Source: Alphaproteobacteria bacterium MarineAlpha5_Bin5 (GTDB lineage: Bacteria; Pseudomonadota; Alphaproteobacteria; HIMB59; GCA-002718135). Taken from it: a DNA stretch of 64,000 nucleotides. The translations under genes were made by a program, and so were the position numbers. How positions within the stretch are numbered: position 1 is the first letter of the stretch; each line of letters begins with the position of its first letter. Under the pieces are notes generated by a model. It had not been told where the DNA came from. It searched no databases and saw only the letters and a program-made list of their open reading frames with translations. The stretch is taken from the NCBI GenBank assembly GCA_002938205.1, contig PTKZ01000004.1, forward strand, positions 25,587-89,586, read 5' to 3'. Below are positions 1 through 10,995 of this stretch, piece by piece.

Positions 1-1
1 T

Positions 2-631
2 AGTCATACTCCGTTTTGGAGAGCAGAAGTGCTTCGTGTATCTCTGTTTGTTGGAAAAGTTGAATTTGAAGATGTAAGGATTTCACGAGATGAATTTATT
101 TATTTAATAAAAACAGGTTTGTTACCTAATGGTAAAAAGGTTCCATTTAATCAATTACCTGTAATAGAAGTTAATGGACAAATAATTGGTCAAACTGGAG
201 GAATAGCAAGATACTGCGGAAAATTATCAAACTTATACCCTGATGATAATATGCATGCAGCAAAAGTGGATCAAATAATAGATTCTGCCACTGAAATTAC
301 TAATTTAATTAGCCCTACTATTAGAGAAAAAGATGTGGTTAAGAAAAATGAAGCAAGAAAGCAATTAACTAATAAATTATTACCAAGATGGTTTCAATAT
401 CTTGAAAATATTTTAGAAGAAGAAAAATCAGAATGGTTTGTTAATAATGAAATGACGATAGCAGATATTGCTATTTGGAGATTACTAGGATGGATTACAT
501 CAGGAATGCTAGATGGAATACCTAAAGACATTGCGAACAATTTTCCTAAATTACAAAACGTATACATAAAAGTACACCAACATCCAAAAATTAATGAGTG
601 GATGTTAAAAACTTATGGAAAAACAATTTAA
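2..631 (+). CDS. glutathione S-transferase family protein, probably 5'-truncated by the window edge
   Basis: The reading frame stays open from base 2, with no stop upstream of the GTG at 29. It shows a thioredoxin-like N-domain (NQLPVIEVNG..GQTGGIARYCG) followed by a helical C-domain, the usual GST layout. Confidence 0.75.
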   Translation, partial: SHTPFWRAEVLRVSLFVGKVEFEDVRISRDEFIYLIKTGLLPNGKKVPFNQLPVIEVNGQIIGQTGGIARYCGKLSNLYPDDNMHAAKVDQIIDSATEITNLISPTIREKDVVKKNEARKQLTNKLLPRWFQYLENILEEEKSEWFVNNEMTIADIAIWRLLGWITSGMLDGIPKDIANNFPKLQNVYIKVHQHPKINEWMLKTYGKTI

Positions 632-636
632 TTTTA

Positions 637-999
637 TTAACTTGAACCGTAAGTTGCCGCTGAATCACTTTCAAATTCATAGCACACACATTCTTCATCA
701 CCAACAACCCAACCATCATGACCCGGAAGAAACACGTATGCGTCACCCGGTCCACATTCAATACTAGAGCCATCGTCATTCACAACATGTATTCTTCCTG
801 ATTGAACCATTCCTACATGTTTTTTTTGACAACTGTCTGTTCCTACAGCGGGCTTAATGCATTCAGACCATTTCCAACCAGGTTGAAATGTTATTTTTGA
901 AACTACTTGATCACCTACTTTTACAATTTCTACTTTAGTTTTCTCTGGAGTTTTAGTTTCGTCAGGTGAATTAAAATTTTTTGAAAAAAGAGTAGTCAT
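637..999 (-). CDS. cupin domain protein
   Basis: 120-aa ORF with a beta-barrel style motif (HVGMVQSGRIHVV..GPGDAYVFLPGHDGW), as in the cupin_2 family. Specific function unknown. Confidence 0.6.
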   Translation of the reverse strand: MTTLFSKNFNSPDETKTPEKTKVEIVKVGDQVVSKITFQPGWKWSECIKPAVGTDSCQKKHVGMVQSGRIHVVNDDGSSIECGPGDAYVFLPGHDGWVVGDEECVCYEFESDSAATYGSS

Positions 1000-1108
1000 A
1001 CTTTTCCTTTCTAAAATCTATTGTTAAATATTTAATCTATTTTATAGTAATTTTTGAGGTTTTTTTAAATTATTCAAAATATATTTAAATTTACTCATTT
1101 TACTCTTA

Positions 1109-1137
1109 TTGAATAAGTGTTATCGATTCCCTATAAT
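1109..1137 (+). promoter_or_regulatory. candidate sigma70-type promoter for pdxJ
   Basis: TTGAAT (1109-1114), a 17-nt spacer, then TATAAT (1132-1137), about 30 nt upstream of the pdxJ ATG. AT-rich background lowers specificity. Confidence 0.4.
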
Positions 1138-1166
1138 TGGAACTATAAAATAAATAATACTGTGGA

Positions 1167-1901
1167 ATGACTGCACTAAGTGTCAATGTTAACAAATTTG
1201 CTTTAATTAGAAATGCGAGAGATGCTGATCATCCAAATTTATTAGAAATAAGTAAAAAATGTATAAATTTTGGTGCCAATGGAATTACTATTCACCCTAG
1301 ACCAGATGAAAGGCATGCAAAATTTTCTGACCTTATGCCTTTAAAACAACTAGTGTCTACATTTGATAATGTAGAATTTAATGTTGAGGGATATCCATCA
1401 GAATCTTTTATAGAAAAAGTAATTGAAGTTTATCCAGATCAAGTAACGTTAGTTCCAGATCCTCCTGATGCTTTAACTTCCTCGTTTGGTTGGGATTGTG
1501 AAATAAATAAAGAATTTTTAAATAATGTAGTAAAAACATTTCAAAACAAAAATATTAGAGTGTCAATCTTCATTAATCCATCAACAAATACTTTAAACAA
1601 TTTAAATTATATTATGCCTAATCGTGTTGAATTATATACCTATGATTATGCAAAAAATTATTCTCAAAATAAAGAAGTTGCAATTGGGCCGTATATAGAG
1701 GTTGTAAATTATTTAAATAAAAATTTTCCTTTCATTGATTTTAATGCTGGCCATGATTTAAATCTCCAAAATCTTGATTATCTACTAAATAAAATAAATA
1801 ATATTAAGGAAGTATCAATTGGACATGCCTTGGTGTGTGATACATTAGAATATGGCCTAGAAACTACTGTAAAAAAATATTTAGAGATAATTAATAAATA
1901 A
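1167..1901 (+). CDS. pdxJ: pyridoxine 5'-phosphate synthase
   Basis: N-terminus LSVNVNKFALIRNAR and GITIHPRPDERH match the recalled PdxJ conserved blocks (LGVNIDH..LRNAR, GIT.H.R.D.RH). The 244-aa length is typical. Confidence 0.85.
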   Translation: MTALSVNVNKFALIRNARDADHPNLLEISKKCINFGANGITIHPRPDERHAKFSDLMPLKQLVSTFDNVEFNVEGYPSESFIEKVIEVYPDQVTLVPDPPDALTSSFGWDCEINKEFLNNVVKTFQNKNIRVSIFINPSTNTLNNLNYIMPNRVELYTYDYAKNYSQNKEVAIGPYIEVVNYLNKNFPFIDFNAGHDLNLQNLDYLLNKINNIKEVSIGHALVCDTLEYGLETTVKKYLEIINK

Positions 1902-2527
1902 TGACGTTTTTCTTTTGGATGCAGTTTGCTGCTGTTTGTGTCATCGGTGCTATGTCTCCCGGTCCGAGCTTAGCATTAATTATAAGAAATAGTATACAAT
2001 TTAATAGATTGGCTGGAATATTATCATCGATTGGGCATGCTATAGGTATTTGTATATATGCTACACTATCAATATTAGGTCTACATTTTATTTTAACAAC
2101 AAACATCTTTTTATTTAATTTAATTGAATTTACAGGAAGTTGTTTTCTTATATTTTTAGGATTTCTATTTCTTAAAGATAATAATAACGACAAATTAGAT
2201 CTTGAAAGTGATCAAAAAAATCTTAACTCTTTTTTTCAAGGCTTTATGATAAGCATACTTAATCCAAAAATATTAATTTGGTTTGCAGCTATTTATTCTC
2301 AATTTATTCAAATAGAATCTACAATATTTACAAGTACAATTTTGATATTAACTGCTTCAGTAATTGATGGAGCTTGGTATGTAATTGTAGCTTTTGCAGT
2401 AACTAGTTATGGATTAAAAGATTTTTTTCTACAAAAAAGAAACAAAATTCAGAAAATATCTGGAGTTGTATTAATATTTATTGCTATTTTATTACTTTAT
2501 AAATTAATTAAAACTAATTTCCTCTAA
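1901..2527 (+). CDS. LysE/RhtB family amino-acid exporter
   Basis: 208-aa polytopic membrane protein with an N-terminal SPGPS motif, typical of LysE-type translocators. Its ATG overlaps the pdxJ stop. Confidence 0.75.
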   Translation: MTFFFWMQFAAVCVIGAMSPGPSLALIIRNSIQFNRLAGILSSIGHAIGICIYATLSILGLHFILTTNIFLFNLIEFTGSCFLIFLGFLFLKDNNNDKLDLESDQKNLNSFFQGFMISILNPKILIWFAAIYSQFIQIESTIFTSTILILTASVIDGAWYVIVAFAVTSYGLKDFFLQKRNKIQKISGVVLIFIAILLLYKLIKTNFL

Positions 2528-3589
2528 AACACGAAGTATATTTTTTCCCATAATTTTTTCTATCTCTAGATTGCTATAACCTCTAATCTCTAGCTGCTCT
2601 GCAATAATCATATGGTCTAAACAATCATTCCAGCTCTTGGGCAAACAATCAAGACCATCATAATCACTACCAATACCAACATAATCAATGCCTATTTTAT
2701 TTATAACGTATTCTATGTGATCAATATAAATATTTATATCTGGGCATATAGGAGCTAATTTTTTCTGAAGAAAATGTTGTTTAGCAATCCACTTATCTGA
2801 TTTGTTTTGAAACTTATTATCAATTTCATTTAGTTCGGATCCTAGCTCTTTTTTGATCTTAGCTTCTCTTGTTTTAAATGTTGGATCAATAAAAAATGGG
2901 TAAGGATTCAGACCTATTAAACCTCTTTTGTCTCTTATTGCTTCTATTTGATCATCTTTTAAATTTCTAAAATGTGGGCATAAATTATAAACACTTGAGT
3001 GAGATGCAATAAAAGGTTTAGTTGTATTTTTATGTATATCCCAAAAACTTTTTTCTCCGATATGAGATACGTCTATTAAAACTTTATTTTTTTCACATTC
3101 TTTTACTACCTGAATACCAAAATTATTTAATCCAATTTGCTTAATATTTGATTTATTATGCGCCTCATCATAACCTGAGCTTACCCAGTCAAGAGAGTTA
3201 TTCCAAGTGGGACCAAAATAAAATAGACCTTTTTCAATAAAATAATGTAAATTTTCTATTTTATTTTCAATCGCTTCTCCTCCTTCCATAGATAGTGGTA
3301 TTGATAATTTTTTATTCTTAAATGATTTAATAATTTGTTCAAAAGTTTTTGGAATTTCTACATTATCTATTAAAGAAAGAGATTCTAATTTTTGATACAT
3401 TTTTTTAGCCAGCTCAAAGTAACCGATCTCAGAATCATGTCCAGACACCCAAATAATTAAAACTTGTAAATCAATAGAAGATTTCTTTAATCTTACTATA
3501 TCTGTGTGTCCTAAAGAAGTTTGTTTCGTAACATCCTCTCCTAACATCATTCTTTGAGTTAGGTCATTGTGCAGATCTGCAACAAACAT
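2504..3589 (-). CDS. membrane dipeptidase (peptidase M19 family)
   Basis: Starts with the DLHNDL motif. Its His/Asp/Glu-rich blocks (VSHIGEKSF, ASHSSV, GIGSDYDG) are typical of renal-dipeptidase-like enzymes. Confidence 0.8.
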   Translation of the reverse strand: MFVADLHNDLTQRMMLGEDVTKQTSLGHTDIVRLKKSSIDLQVLIIWVSGHDSEIGYFELAKKMYQKLESLSLIDNVEIPKTFEQIIKSFKNKKLSIPLSMEGGEAIENKIENLHYFIEKGLFYFGPTWNNSLDWVSSGYDEAHNKSNIKQIGLNNFGIQVVKECEKNKVLIDVSHIGEKSFWDIHKNTTKPFIASHSSVYNLCPHFRNLKDDQIEAIRDKRGLIGLNPYPFFIDPTFKTREAKIKKELGSELNEIDNKFQNKSDKWIAKQHFLQKKLAPICPDINIYIDHIEYVINKIGIDYVGIGSDYDGLDCLPKSWNDCLDHMIIAEQLEIRGYSNLEIEKIMGKNILRVLEEISFN

Positions 3590-3590
3590 T

Positions 3591-4166
3591 TTATTGATTT
3601 ATAATTTCAATTTTAATAATTTTATCAGGATCTGAAGGAGGTTCTCCTTTAGTAATGTTGTCAATAAATTCCATTCCCTCAATTACTTGTGCCCATATTG
3701 AGTATTGCTCATCAAGAAATGAACAATCATTAAAACAAATAAAAAACTGGCTATTGGCACTATTTGGATTTTGAGCTCTGGCCATTGAAACAGTTCCTCT
3801 ACTATGATTTTCTTTTGAGAATTCAGCAGGTATGTCGGGAAGATTTGATCCTCCTGTGCCAGCTCTTTCAATATTATAATTTTCGTTAGTAGAATTGCCA
3901 AATTCTACATCGCCCGTTTGAGCCATAAATCCTTCAATAACTCTATGAAATACAACGCCATTATATTGTCCATCTTTTATAAGTTTTTTAATTTGCTCAA
4001 CGTGTAGTGGCGCAAGATCGGGCCTTGTCTCCATTACAACTACTCCATCTTTTAAAGTCATATGTATAGTATCTCTTGCTTCAGCCATAAGATTTCCCCC
4101 ATAAGTGATTATTGAGATCATCAGGCATAAAATAATTTTAATCATATTTGTTTCCTTTACCTTCAC
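3591..4166 (-). CDS. peptidyl-prolyl cis-trans isomerase, cyclophilin type, secreted
   Basis: Carries the FHRVIEGFMAQTGD cyclophilin signature and SANSQFFI. An N-terminal hydrophobic signal-like segment is present. The true start may be the internal Met at 4145. Confidence 0.85.
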   Translation of the reverse strand: MKVKETNMIKIILCLMISIITYGGNLMAEARDTIHMTLKDGVVVMETRPDLAPLHVEQIKKLIKDGQYNGVVFHRVIEGFMAQTGDVEFGNSTNENYNIERAGTGGSNLPDIPAEFSKENHSRGTVSMARAQNPNSANSQFFICFNDCSFLDEQYSIWAQVIEGMEFIDNITKGEPPSDPDKIIKIEIINQ

Positions 4167-4190
4167 TCAAAATGTTTTATATATAGTTTA

Positions 4191-4655
4191 ATGCACATCT
4201 TTGAAGAAAATATCAAGAACTTAGGATTAATTATTCCTAAATTAGCTGTACCAGTTGCCAATTATGTACCTTTTACAATTATTGATAAAACTATATATAT
4301 ATCAGGACAAGCTCCTGTAAAAGCTGGTGAGCTAATTTATAAAGGAAAAGTTGGAAAAGATATTTCTGTTGAAGAAGGCATTGAAGCTGCTAAACTTTGT
4401 TGTGTGAATATTATAGCTGGATTAAAAAAAGCTATAGAAGGAAATTGGGATAGATTAGAAACGTTTGTTAAACTTGTAGGATATGTAAATTGTAAAGATG
4501 ATTTTACAGATCAACCAAAAATTATAAATGGTGCTTCAGATCTATTAGTAGAAATATTTGGAGAACAAGGACGTCATACTAGAGTGGCTGTTGGATCAAA
4601 TGCCCTACCTTTAGGTATAGCGGTTGAAATTGATGCGATTATAAAATTAAAATAA
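4191..4655 (+). CDS. RidA/YjgF family protein
   Basis: 154 aa with YISGQAPV and a C-terminal R..V....LP.......EIDAI pattern, typical of RidA/L-PSP proteins. Confidence 0.75.
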   Translation: MHIFEENIKNLGLIIPKLAVPVANYVPFTIIDKTIYISGQAPVKAGELIYKGKVGKDISVEEGIEAAKLCCVNIIAGLKKAIEGNWDRLETFVKLVGYVNCKDDFTDQPKIINGASDLLVEIFGEQGRHTRVAVGSNALPLGIAVEIDAIIKLK

Positions 4656-5801
4656 ATGTTATCACCTAAGAGTGATTTTAAATTTGAGAAATCTTTAAAT
4701 AATATTAATAAAAAAGACTGGGATCTATGTTTAAATGATGATCATCCTTTTACGCAATATGAATACTTATCAGCACTAGAAAAAAGTAACAGTGCTTGCA
4801 ATGAAACTGGTTGGCAACCTCACCATTATATCGAATATAAAAACAATAAAGTTGTAGCAATTTGCCCCTTATATATAAAAAATCACTCATTTGGTGAATA
4901 TATTTTTGATCATGCTTGGGCTGAAGCATATCATCGTTATGGTTTAAACTACTATCCTAAACTTCAATCTGCTATTCCATTCACGCCTGTAACCGGAGAA
5001 AGAATATTAATTTCTCAATCTATTAAGGATAAAAATAAAACAAAATCAACTGCTATTGTTAATATTATTGAAGAGGTAAAAAAAATTAACGTTTCATCTT
5101 TACATTTTAATTTTATTAAATCTCCTGATGAATGGGCAAAAAAAAATAATTTAATGATTAGAGAAGGGATTCAATTTCACTGGATGAATAATAATTACAA
5201 ATCATTTAATAATTTTCTTGAAACATTATCATCTAGAAAAAGAAAGCAAATAAAAAAAGAAAGATTGAGCATTAAAAATAATAATTTAGTTATAAAAATT
5301 TTTCAAGGCGAAGATATAAAAGAAGAGCATATGAGTTTTTTTTATGACTGCTATCTTGATACTACTAGTAGAAAGTGGGGCTCAACATATTTAACTAAGG
5401 ATTTTTTCTTTGAAATTTTAAAAACGCTTAATAATAAAATAGTATTAATAATAGCTTTTCAAAATAGAAAAAAAATTGCTTCAGCAATAAATTTTGTAAG
5501 TAACAGTCACTTATATGGACGGTTATGGGGAAGTAAGTACGAAATACCTTACTTGCATTTTGAACTATGTTATTATCAAGCTATAGATTATGCTATTAAA
5601 AACAATATAAACATAGTTGAAGCTGGTGCACAAGGAGAGCATAAATTGCAACGTGGGTACATGCCTAAAAAAATTTGGAGTGCTCACTGGATAAAAGATC
5701 AAAAATTTAGTAGAGCAATAGAAAAATTTTTAAATGATGAAACAAATATTATTAATAAATACAAAAAAAATCTAGAAGATTTTGCTCCATATAAAAATTA
5801 A
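4656..5801 (+). CDS. FemAB-like / GNAT-fold protein of unknown function (COG3146-like)
   Basis: 381 aa. The conserved core (FGEYIFDHAWAEAY, HFELCYYQAIDYAI, GAQGEHKLQRGY) matches my recollection of the DUF482/FemAB_like family. Its start abuts the RidA stop. Confidence 0.55.
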   Translation: MLSPKSDFKFEKSLNNINKKDWDLCLNDDHPFTQYEYLSALEKSNSACNETGWQPHHYIEYKNNKVVAICPLYIKNHSFGEYIFDHAWAEAYHRYGLNYYPKLQSAIPFTPVTGERILISQSIKDKNKTKSTAIVNIIEEVKKINVSSLHFNFIKSPDEWAKKNNLMIREGIQFHWMNNNYKSFNNFLETLSSRKRKQIKKERLSIKNNNLVIKIFQGEDIKEEHMSFFYDCYLDTTSRKWGSTYLTKDFFFEILKTLNNKIVLIIAFQNRKKIASAINFVSNSHLYGRLWGSKYEIPYLHFELCYYQAIDYAIKNNINIVEAGAQGEHKLQRGYMPKKIWSAHWIKDQKFSRAIEKFLNDETNIINKYKKNLEDFAPYKN

Positions 5802-8092
5802 ACTAATTCCTTTTTATTTGTTTCCTTTGATAAAAATTTAAATGAGATTTTTTCATTTTTTAGACTTATTTCAACATGCCCACCTTTAGAAAGTGTGCCA
5901 AATATTAATTCTTCAGCCATTGGTTTTTTTACTTTTTCTTGAATTATTCTTCCTAATTCTCGTGCTCCATAAACCTCATCATATCCTTCATTTGCTAAAC
6001 ATTCTTTTGCTTCACTGTTGATTGATAATGAAACACCTTTATCTTCAAGTTGTGCCTCAATTTCAATAATAAATTTATCAACTATAGATAGAACCGTATC
6101 TTTATTTAAGGAATTAAAATGAATAATAGAATCAATTCTATTTCTAAATTCTGGAGAAAACATTTTGTTAATAGCTTCTGAATTGTCGTCATTTGATCTA
6201 ACAGCATTAAAACCTATTTTTTTCTTTGAAATATCTATTGCACCAGCGTTTGTTGTCATAATTAATATTACATTTCTAAAGTCAACAGCTTTACCATTGT
6301 GATCAGTTAACTTACCATAATCCATTACTTGTAATAAAATATTAAAAAGATCGAAGTGTGCTTTTTCAATCTCATCTAACAATAAAACGCAATGAGGATT
6401 TTGATCAATTCCATCAGTTAATAAACCACCTTGATCAAACCCTACATACCCTGGAGGTGCACCTATTAATCTACTAACTGTATGTCTTTCCATATATTCT
6501 GACATATCAAAACGCAAAAGTTTTACTCCTAAAGTTTTGCTTAGCTGTCTTGCTACTTCTGTTTTTCCTACTCCAGTAGGTCCAGAAAACAAGTATGAGC
6601 CAATAGGTTTACCATCTTCTCTTAATCCAGCTCGAGCTAACTTTACAGATGAAGAAAGTTCTTCTATTGCTTTTTCTTGACCAAAAACAAAATTTTTTAA
6701 ATCACGTTCTAAATTTTTTAGGTTTTCTTTATCGCTCTTATTAACAGATTTTGTAGGTATTTTTGCTATAAGCGCAACAACAGATTCAATATCTTTTGCA
6801 GTTATAACCTTCTTTCTTTTTGAAGCTGGTACTAGATATTGAGATGCACCTGCTTCATCTAACACATCAATTGCTTTGTCTGGTAATTTTCTATCTCCAA
6901 TATGTTTATTTGATAAATCTACTGCAGTTATTATTGCTTCAGAAGAGTATTTAATATTGTGGTGATCTTCATAATAATTTTTTAATCCATTTAAAATTTT
7001 AATAGCTTCATCCTTAGAAGGTTCTTTAATATCAATTTTTTGAAATCTGCGAACAAGAGCTCTGTCTTTTTCAAAATAATTTTTAAATTCTTTATAAGTA
7101 GTTGATCCTATACATCTCAAATTTCCATTGCTTAGAGATGGCTTTAAAATATTTCCAGCATCCATTGAGCCTCCAGAGGTCGCACCAGCGCCAATAACTG
7201 TATGGATTTCATCAATAAAAAGTATGGCTTTTTTTTCTTTTTTTAGATCTTTTAAAACTTCTTTCAATCTTTCTTCAAAATCTCCTCTGTATCTAGTACC
7301 TGCAAGCAAAGCTCCCATATCAAGAGAATATATTGTAGCATCTTGAATAATCTCAGGAACATCCTTCTCTACAATTCTTTTTGCTAAACCTTCAGCTATT
7401 GCAGTTTTGCCCACACCAGCATCTCCAACAAATAAAGGATTGTTTTTTTGTCTCCTGCATAAAATTTGTATAGTTCTTTCAATCTCGGATTTTCTTCCAA
7501 TCAGCTTATCAATCTTTCCATCTTGAGATTTTTTATTTAAATTAACGCAGAATTGTTCAAGAGAGCTTTTTGCGTGTTTTTTTTGACCGCTATGATTAAA
7601 GTCTTCCTCGCTTATTTCTTCTGCTTCTATACCTTCTTCTATTTTAGAAATACCATGCGAAATATATTGTACTGCATCTAGTCGAGTCATGTTTTGTTGA
7701 TGAAGAAAATAAATTGCATTACTTTCTTTTTCAGAAAACATTGCTACGATCATATTGGCCCCTGTTACACTTTCACGACCACTTGATTGCACATGTATAG
7801 CTGCACGTTGTATTACACGTTGAAAACTGTTAGTTAGCTTTGGTTCACCTGAAAAATTGTCTTTTAAATTATATAAATCATTAGATATAAAAATTTCTAA
7901 TTTTTTTTTTAATAAACCAATATCAATTCCACAAGCTTTAAGAACGCTTACAGCATCCTTATCATCTATCAGAGCAAACAATAAATGTTCTAAAGTTACA
8001 TATTCATGTTTTCTATGTTTCGCTAATTGGTATGCTTCACGAAGTGTTTTTTCTAAATTAGATGATAACATTAATTTTTTTCCATTGTGCAC
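5798..8092 (-). CDS. clpA: ATP-dependent Clp protease ATP-binding subunit ClpA
   Basis: 764 aa with a Clp_N repeat at the N-terminus and two AAA+ modules with Walker A motifs (GDAGVGKT and GPTGVGKT). It sits immediately downstream of clpS. Confidence 0.95.
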   Translation of the reverse strand: MHNGKKLMLSSNLEKTLREAYQLAKHRKHEYVTLEHLLFALIDDKDAVSVLKACGIDIGLLKKKLEIFISNDLYNLKDNFSGEPKLTNSFQRVIQRAAIHVQSSGRESVTGANMIVAMFSEKESNAIYFLHQQNMTRLDAVQYISHGISKIEEGIEAEEISEEDFNHSGQKKHAKSSLEQFCVNLNKKSQDGKIDKLIGRKSEIERTIQILCRRQKNNPLFVGDAGVGKTAIAEGLAKRIVEKDVPEIIQDATIYSLDMGALLAGTRYRGDFEERLKEVLKDLKKEKKAILFIDEIHTVIGAGATSGGSMDAGNILKPSLSNGNLRCIGSTTYKEFKNYFEKDRALVRRFQKIDIKEPSKDEAIKILNGLKNYYEDHHNIKYSSEAIITAVDLSNKHIGDRKLPDKAIDVLDEAGASQYLVPASKRKKVITAKDIESVVALIAKIPTKSVNKSDKENLKNLERDLKNFVFGQEKAIEELSSSVKLARAGLREDGKPIGSYLFSGPTGVGKTEVARQLSKTLGVKLLRFDMSEYMERHTVSRLIGAPPGYVGFDQGGLLTDGIDQNPHCVLLLDEIEKAHFDLFNILLQVMDYGKLTDHNGKAVDFRNVILIMTTNAGAIDISKKKIGFNAVRSNDDNSEAINKMFSPEFRNRIDSIIHFNSLNKDTVLSIVDKFIIEIEAQLEDKGVSLSINSEAKECLANEGYDEVYGARELGRIIQEKVKKPMAEELIFGTLSKGGHVEISLKNEKISFKFLSKETNKKELV

Positions 8093-8409
8093 TGTAATGG
8101 ATGTTCATTTTTTTTAGCAAAGTCAATCACAGACTTACATTTTGATTCAGCAACTTCATAAGTAAATGTACCGCAAATGCCCAAACCATTTTTGTGAACA
8201 TGTAGCATAATTTGTGTTGCTTCTTCTTTTTTTTTATTAAATATTTTTTCCAAAACGATTACTACAAACTCCATAGGAGTATAATCATCATTTAATAGTA
8301 TAACATTATACATTGAAGGTTTTTTTGTTTTAGGCTTGGAATCAAGCAATAAACCTCTTTGCAATTCAATATTATTGCTTCCTGAATCTTGATCTGAATT
8401 TGTAGTCAT
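8071..8409 (-). CDS. clpS: ATP-dependent Clp protease adaptor ClpS
   Basis: 112 aa. The core [18 protein letters not shown]...F is the classic ClpS block. It overlaps the clpA start by 22 nt. Confidence 0.9.
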   Translation of the reverse strand: MTTNSDQDSGSNNIELQRGLLLDSKPKTKKPSMYNVILLNDDYTPMEFVVIVLEKIFNKKKEEATQIMLHVHKNGLGICGTFTYEVAESKCKSVIDFAKKNEHPLQCTMEKN

Positions 8410-8474
8410 CGATCACATATAAATAAGCAATTTTTATTTAATTTAAAGTTATTTTTCTAATTGTTAATATCCAA

Positions 8475-9590
8475 TTGTATATGCTATTGAAAAAAATGGC
8501 TATATTTTTGAAAAAACTAACATTAATAAGTTTCTCCTTTTTAATTTTTGTTTTTTCTTTCAATTTAAATGCAAAAAAAGCAGCAATAGTAATAGACTTT
8601 GACACCAGTGAAGTTTTATTTGAAATTAACGCAGATACTCGAAATTATCCTGCATCCCTCACAAAAATGATGACTATTTACATAATTTTTGATTATTTAA
8701 AAAAAGGGAAATTAAAAAATGAAAGCTTACTATCTGTTTCAAAAAAAGCTGCAAGTAAACAACCAAGTAAGCTTTATTTAGAACCAGGCTCTTTTATTAA
8801 AGTTGAAGATGCTATTTTAGCTTTAATTGTTAAATCAGCAAATGATGTTGCAGCTGTAGTAGCAGAAAATATAAGTGGTACAGAAAAAGCATTTTCTAAA
8901 TTGATGACTAAATATGCTCGAGATTTAGGTATGAACAGTACAACTTTTAGAAATGCATCTGGGTTACATGATAGAGCACAGTTAACGACTGCCAGAGACA
9001 TGTCTACTCTATCACATTCACTAATAAAAAATTTTCCAAACAAATATAAGTTGTTTAGCCGTCAAAAATTTACTTATGCTGGGAAAACATACAAGACACA
9101 TAATAAACTTATGCTAAGTTATGATGGTGCTGATGGAATTAAAACTGGATACATTAAAGCATCTGGATTTCAACTAGCCTTTTCTGCAGTAAGACAAAAC
9201 AAAAGATTGGTAGGTGTTATATTTGGAGGTGATTCAGGTTCACAAAGAAACAAATCTCTAAGAATTATAATGGATAAGGTATTTGCAGACTTAAATATAA
9301 TAAATAAAAGGTCAAATGAAACTATTATAAAAAAGAGTAAAAATTTAAATAATTCATATTCTATAGTTGTTGGTACTTTTAAATACAAGAATAACGCAAA
9401 CAAACAACTTAAGTTAATTAGAAAAAAATATCCAAAGACTACTGATAATAAAATTGAGGAAATAGTCCTAATAAAAAGTGGTGGCAAACAACTGTATGAA
9501 TCTAGATTTAATAATTTTAGTAAAAAAGAAGCTTATCAAGCATGTAAAAGATTAAAAAAATATAAAAGAGATTGTTTTGTTAGATTATAA
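8475..9590 (+). CDS. D-alanyl-D-alanine carboxypeptidase (S11) with a C-terminal SPOR-like domain
   Basis: Signal peptide, SxxK (SLTK), SxN (SAN) and KTG motifs are all present. The C-terminal ~80 aa (YSIVVGTFKYKNNA...) resembles a SPOR peptidoglycan-binding repeat. The start codon is ambiguous. Confidence 0.85.
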   Translation: MYMLLKKMAIFLKKLTLISFSFLIFVFSFNLNAKKAAIVIDFDTSEVLFEINADTRNYPASLTKMMTIYIIFDYLKKGKLKNESLLSVSKKAASKQPSKLYLEPGSFIKVEDAILALIVKSANDVAAVVAENISGTEKAFSKLMTKYARDLGMNSTTFRNASGLHDRAQLTTARDMSTLSHSLIKNFPNKYKLFSRQKFTYAGKTYKTHNKLMLSYDGADGIKTGYIKASGFQLAFSAVRQNKRLVGVIFGGDSGSQRNKSLRIIMDKVFADLNIINKRSNETIIKKSKNLNNSYSIVVGTFKYKNNANKQLKLIRKKYPKTTDNKIEEIVLIKSGGKQLYESRFNNFSKKEAYQACKRLKKYKRDCFVRL

Positions 9591-10995
9591 ACTTATAATT
9601 TACACCGCTTAATATAAGCTGCTCTTCTAAGATTTTTATTAAAAATAACAAACCTTCATGACTTACAGCTTCTGCTCGACAAGTTAATTGATTTTGCGTA
9701 TTACTTGCACGAATTAAAAACCAACCATATTTATTTTCTATTCTTATTCCATCAATATCTATAATTTTAGTTTCAATTTTTTTTAATCTATCTTTAATAT
9801 CTTGAATAATTTTAAATTTTCTAGTTTCATCAACATCAATTCTTATCTCAGGTGTGGAAAAGGTTTTTGGAAATTCTGAAATTAATTCATTTAAAGATTT
9901 ATTACTACTACCTAAAATTCTTAATAATCTTAATGCAACATAAAGTGCGTCGTCATAACCAAAAAAATCATCTGCATAGCATATATGTCCACTCATTTCG
10001 CCAGAAAGCGGTGAATTTAATTCCTTCATTTTTTCCTTTATTGGTGAATGTCCTGTTTTAGACATTATTGGATCGCAATTCATTTTTTTAGCTTCTTCAA
10101 AGAAAACTTTACTACATTTTACATCCATAATAATTTTTGGATGATTGTATAGCTTAGCTATCTCAGAAATTAAGACAAGCATATATTGATCAGCCCATAT
10201 AATACTGCCTTTATTATCTACTACACCCAGTCTATCGCCATCACCATCAAATCCGAAACCTATATCACAATTATATTTAAGTACATTGTCAATAAGTTGT
10301 TCCATATTTTTTTTAACAGTAGGGTCTGGATGATGATTCGGAAAATTTCCATCAACTTCTTCATTAATAATTATATTTTCCGTGTTATGTAATTTAGAAG
10401 CAACTTGATTTATTACAACTCCCATAGCGCCATTAGCTGTATCCCAAGCAATTTTCATTGGTTTATTGATAATTATATTTTTGATATTTCTTAAAATATA
10501 ATTATCAATAATATTTTTATTAATTATTTTTCCTTGAATTATTTTCAATTCATCTTTGTCTATTATAGATTGTAAATTTTTTATTTCTTCAGCAAAAAAA
10601 GAATGTTTATTCAAAACCATTTTAAAACCATTATACTCTGGTGGGTTATGAGATCCTGTAACCATTATTGCTGCATCAGAATGAAGCTTAAAATGAGAAT
10701 AATATATCATTGGGGTTGGGCCCAAACCTACATTAAAAACACAACTTCCAGAATCTTTTAACCCTTCACAAACAGCTTTATGCAATCTTGGTGAGGTAAG
10801 TCTCCCATCATAACCAGTCACTATCTTATTTGAATTTAATTTATTTTTAACTACATATCCAAAAGATCTACCAATAGTATAAGCTGTATTTTCGTTCAGA
10901 TTATAATCAACTAATCCTCTGATATCATATTCCCTTAAAACTTCAGGATCAAAATTTTCAATTAAATAATTATGTTCCAATGCCATAGTATTCAA
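9580..10995 (-). CDS. phosphomannomutase/phosphoglucomutase
   Basis: Active-site loop TGSHNPPEYNGFK and metal loop FGFDGDGDR identify the alpha-D-phosphohexomutase family. The start overlaps the end of ugd, and Met4 at 10986 is an alternative start. Confidence 0.85.
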   Translation of the reverse strand: MNTMALEHNYLIENFDPEVLREYDIRGLVDYNLNENTAYTIGRSFGYVVKNKLNSNKIVTGYDGRLTSPRLHKAVCEGLKDSGSCVFNVGLGPTPMIYYSHFKLHSDAAIMVTGSHNPPEYNGFKMVLNKHSFFAEEIKNLQSIIDKDELKIIQGKIINKNIIDNYILRNIKNIIINKPMKIAWDTANGAMGVVINQVASKLHNTENIIINEEVDGNFPNHHPDPTVKKNMEQLIDNVLKYNCDIGFGFDGDGDRLGVVDNKGSIIWADQYMLVLISEIAKLYNHPKIIMDVKCSKVFFEEAKKMNCDPIMSKTGHSPIKEKMKELNSPLSGEMSGHICYADDFFGYDDALYVALRLLRILGSSNKSLNELISEFPKTFSTPEIRIDVDETRKFKIIQDIKDRLKKIETKIIDIDGIRIENKYGWFLIRASNTQNQLTCRAEAVSHEGLLFLIKILEEQLILSGVNYKFII

